Positions 16,820 through 19,694 of a stretch of 19,694 nt of DNA are shown piece by piece. Below the pieces are notes generated by a model. It was not told the DNA's origin. It saw nothing but the letters and a program-made list of their open reading frames with translations, and ran no database searches. Origin of the DNA: Candidatus Micrarchaeia archaeon (GTDB lineage: Archaea > Micrarchaeota > Micrarchaeia > Micrarchaeales > CABMGC01); NCBI GenBank assembly GCA_049964835.1, contig JBMFWW010000011.1:1-19694 (forward strand), in the 5' to 3' direction. The position numbers were made by a program, and so were the translations under genes. Every line of letters begins with the position of its first letter. Position 1 is the stretch's first letter.

Positions 16820-17095
16820 TTACCTCTTTAATTTTTTAATTAAAACTCGTCTTGCAGCAGTTCTAATTGCTTCAGATTTGTCATCTGTACACATATTGCA
16901 TAATATTGCATTTGTGATATTTACATTGCCAAGAAGAGCTAATCTTACCTTCTCTGATTGATGTCTTGAAAGCTTTTCCATCTCTCTCTGAGAATCTGTA
17001 CTCTCTGCAGAAACTATTGCAGGATATATACCAGCGGTTGGTTCTTCATTACCAACCTTTTTACTTATTTTTGGGGTTTGGGTTTTATACTCCAT
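16820..17095 (-). CDS. Small protein with LRV/HEAT-like helical repeats (91 aa)
   Basis: LSRHQSEKVRLALLGNVNITNAILCNMCTDDKSEAIRTAA resembles the LRV pattern L..D....VR.A...N.....IL..L..D....VR.AA. Confidence 0.65.
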   Translation of the reverse strand: MEYKTQTPKISKKVGNEEPTAGIYPAIVSAESTDSQREMEKLSRHQSEKVRLALLGNVNITNAILCNMCTDDKSEAIRTAARRVLIKKLKR

Positions 17096-17176
17096 AAAAT
17101 CAAGAAATACTGTGTATTTTTTAGATATTTAAGCTTTCCGTATTAATTTTATAATTAGTGTTTAAACGAACTGCTT

Positions 17177-17193
17177 GAAAAGTATTTTAAATA
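17177..17193 (+). promoter_or_regulatory. BRE-TATA promoter candidate for the ankyrin-mvk unit
   Basis: GAAAAGTATTTTAAATA about 20-25 bp before the start region, consistent with a leaderless mRNA. Confidence 0.5.
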
Positions 17194-17212
17194 TTATTAT
17201 CCAACTATCTAT

Positions 17213-17770
17213 GTGGAGAAGATACTTTATAATGGTGCACTATTCTTTGCAAGAAATGATGATTTTGATAGTGCAAATTATTTGATTTTAAAAAATAAAA
17301 GTAAGGTATGTGATGAAAGTATAAATATAAGAGATAGATTTGGAAAGACAATGTTGTTCTATGCAGCTGAAAAAAATGCAACGAATTTTTTGATTAGTCT
17401 GCTTTCTAGAGGGGCAAATACTTCAATAGGTGATAAAAATGGTATTACCCCATTAATGATAAGTGCAGCTAAAGGTAACACATCCAGCACAGAAATTATA
17501 ACAAAACACTTAAGAGATATAAATAACAAAGGAGATGTTGATTTGGTAGATAATAATGGCAATACTGCTTTAATGCATGCGGTATTAAATGGTAGAAGCA
17601 GAGATGTTATACTTTTGCTTAATTTCGGAGCAAATAAAGATATATTAAATGATGAACATATTGATGCGTATAGATTAGCTTTACTTTTTAAGCTACAACA
17701 TATAGCGTATGTTATAAAAAATCATGGAAAAATAAAGTTAAAGGAAGAACTTAATTCAATAAAACGATAA
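17213..17770 (+). CDS. Ankyrin-repeat protein (3-4 repeats, 185 aa)
   Basis: DRFGKTMLFYAA..LLSRGAN, DKNGITPLMISA, DNNGNTALMHAV..LLLNFGAN. GTG start; an out-of-frame ATG sits at 17211. Confidence 0.9.
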   Translation: MEKILYNGALFFARNDDFDSANYLILKNKSKVCDESINIRDRFGKTMLFYAAEKNATNFLISLLSRGANTSIGDKNGITPLMISAAKGNTSSTEIITKHLRDINNKGDVDLVDNNGNTALMHAVLNGRSRDVILLLNFGANKDILNDEHIDAYRLALLFKLQHIAYVIKNHGKIKLKEELNSIKR

Positions 17771-17785
17771 AAAATAACTGATTAC

Positions 17786-18802
17786 ATGGAAGTTAAGGCA
17801 CCTTGTGTCGCAAAATTATTTGGTGAGCATGCAGTTGTTCACGGCATGATGGCAGTAGCATTAGGGGTGAATATATATGCAAGAGCATCTTTCAAAAAAT
17901 CAAATACTACCAATCTTACTATAAAATTAAATGATCTTAATCAAGAGTTTGATTTAGATATAAACAAAGTAATTAAATTGTCTCATTCGTATTCAAAAAA
18001 GAGCACTATAGAACAATATATTAATGAAAATAAGGAGTATGGCAAAGATATTCTTCCTTACTGTACAATAGTCGCAAGAATATTTTCTGAATTTAATGTT
18101 ATTCCTAATGGAATTATAGAAATTAGTTCAGAAATACCTAAACAAAGTGGCCTTGCAAGCAGTGCTTCATGTTATACCGCATTCACAATTGCTCTTATAA
18201 GAGAACTAGACAAGAAAGTTGAAGACAATAAATGTATAGATATGGCAAGAGACGGTGAACGAGTATCACATAAAAATGATGGTGCAGGCAAGATAGATGT
18301 AAGTACAGCATATTACGGGGGTTATGTAAGTTTTAAGAAAAATGAATTTATAAAACATGAGATAAAAACAAAACTTAAATTATTAATAATAAATACAGGA
18401 CCAAAATTGCCAACGTCAGTAACAGTAGGAAGAGTTAGCAAACTTTTGGCAGATGAGCATGAAAGTACAACTAAATTATTAGAAGAGATAAACAACTGTT
18501 CTATTGAAGGACTTGAGGCACTTTCCAAAAATAAAATTAATGTGGTAGGGGAGTTGATGTATAAAAATCATGAACTGTTAAAAAAGCTTGGAGTCTCAAA
18601 TGAAAGATTAGATATTGCGGTAGATATATCAAAAAAACATAAAGCACATGGAGCTAAACTTAGTGGCGGTGGAGGAGGTGGTGTTGCAATAGCGATACTT
18701 GAAGAGTATTATGAATCTTTAGAAAAAGAATTAAAGAATGAAGGATTTAATATTTTACATGCAGAGATTTCAGATAAAGGCGCAAAGGAACTTTTCACGT
18801 AA
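17786..18802 (+). CDS. mvk: Mevalonate kinase (GHMP family)
   Basis: LFGEHAVVHG, SEIPKQSGLASSAS, GKIDV and GAKLSGGGGGG motifs; adjacent to the decarboxylase gene. Confidence 0.9.
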   Translation: MEVKAPCVAKLFGEHAVVHGMMAVALGVNIYARASFKKSNTTNLTIKLNDLNQEFDLDINKVIKLSHSYSKKSTIEQYINENKEYGKDILPYCTIVARIFSEFNVIPNGIIEISSEIPKQSGLASSASCYTAFTIALIRELDKKVEDNKCIDMARDGERVSHKNDGAGKIDVSTAYYGGYVSFKKNEFIKHEIKTKLKLLIINTGPKLPTSVTVGRVSKLLADEHESTTKLLEEINNCSIEGLEALSKNKINVVGELMYKNHELLKKLGVSNERLDIAVDISKKHKAHGAKLSGGGGGGVAIAILEEYYESLEKELKNEGFNILHAEISDKGAKELFT

Positions 18803-18862
18803 AGACTATATTATTATAAGTTATTATTATATTTTGTAATTAAATAAGGTAAGGTTTATTTT

Positions 18863-19694
18863 ATGGAAGAAAAAGTTTTTACTTCAATAGCTACACCAAA
18901 TATAGCATTTATCAAATATTGGGGTAAAAGAGACTATACTGGATTAAATCTACCAAATAATTCAAGCATAAGTATGACACTTAATGAAGTTGTAAAAACA
19001 AAAACAAGTGTTGTATTTTCAGATACTTTTAAAAAAGATAGATTCTTTTTAAATGGAAAAGAAGAAGAGCTCTATGGAAAAGTTGCTAATGAAAAGTTAG
19101 CTTATACTGGAAAAATAATTAGTAAATTTAGAGAATTATCTGGTATTAAGAAAAATGTTCTTGTTGTAACTGAAAATAACTTTCCCTCTAGCGCAGGGAT
19201 AGCGTCAAGTGCTTCTGGAGCCGCAGCTCTGGTCTTTGCACTCAATAATGCTTTGTCATTGAATATGAACAACAAAGCACTTTCAATAATGGCAAGGCAG
19301 ATAAGTGGGAGTGCATGTAGAAGTTTATTTGGAGGTATAGTAAAATGGAACAAAGGAAATAAACCTGACGGTTCAGACTCTTATGCAAAACAAATAGTTG
19401 ATGAAAAATTCTGGAATTTAGTAGATGTTTTAGTTATTGTAGACTCAAAAGAAAAAAAGATTTCTTCAAGTGTAGGACATGAAGCAACGGTAAAAACGAG
19501 TACACTCTATAAGACGAGACCGAAGTTTGCTGAAGCTGGTGTAAAAATAGTAGAAGAAGCAATAATAAAAAAAGATATAGACATGCTTTCTAGAGCCATA
19601 ATGAAGGATAGCAATAATATGCATGCTACTATGACAGATACCTGGCCACCAATACTTTATCTGAATGATACTTCAAAGGAGATAATTTATGCAC
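18863..19694 (+). CDS. mvaD: Diphosphomevalonate/phosphomevalonate decarboxylase, 3' end truncated by the window
   Basis: Manual translation: MEEKVFTSIATPNIAFIKYWGKRD..NLPNNSSISMTL..NNFPSSAGIASSASG..ARQISGSACRSLFGG..DSNNMHA. Open to the window end; not in the ORF track. Confidence 0.92.
   Translation, partial: MEEKVFTSIATPNIAFIKYWGKRDYTGLNLPNNSSISMTLNEVVKTKTSVVFSDTFKKDRFFLNGKEEELYGKVANEKLAYTGKIISKFRELSGIKKNVLVVTENNFPSSAGIASSASGAAALVFALNNALSLNMNNKALSIMARQISGSACRSLFGGIVKWNKGNKPDGSDSYAKQIVDEKFWNLVDVLVIVDSKEKKISSSVGHEATVKTSTLYKTRPKFAEAGVKIVEEAIIKKDIDMLSRAIMKDSNNMHATMTDTWPPILYLNDTSKEIIYA

Noticed and set aside
17359..19353. Minus-strand ORFs 17359-17562, 18322-18528 and 19102-19353
   Set aside because: Antisense shadows of the ankyrin, mvk and mvaD genes.

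Overview
AT-rich archaeal window. The gene content, TATA/BRE promoters and surface-protein style suggest a DPANN archaeon, probably Micrarchaeota (inference). In window order: (1) a minus-strand operon of a CLC-CBS anion channel/transporter, a MazG-like pyrophosphohydrolase and a TMEM175-family channel that runs off the left edge and is missing from the ORF track; (2) a 406-aa coiled-coil protein; (3) a decayed, internally deleted IS1634-like element with 28-bp terminal inverted repeats (3591-4892); (4) two paralogous membrane-anchored surface-protein genes, one about 815 aa and split by a 1-nt frameshift at an A4 run (6999-7002), the other an intact 2843-aa giant with about 22 Ig/PKD-like modules, two non-Ig domains and short exact DNA repeats; (5) an intergenic region with a candidate structured 5'UTR and a candidate 31-aa ORF; (6) a small LRV/HEAT-like protein; (7) a divergent plus-strand cluster of an ankyrin-repeat protein, mevalonate kinase and a (di)phosphomevalonate decarboxylase that runs off the right edge and is also missing from the ORF track. 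The best candidates for new biology are the modular adhesin locus and the co-operonic CLC and TMEM175 pair. I saw no CRISPR array, tRNA, rRNA or reverse transcriptase.
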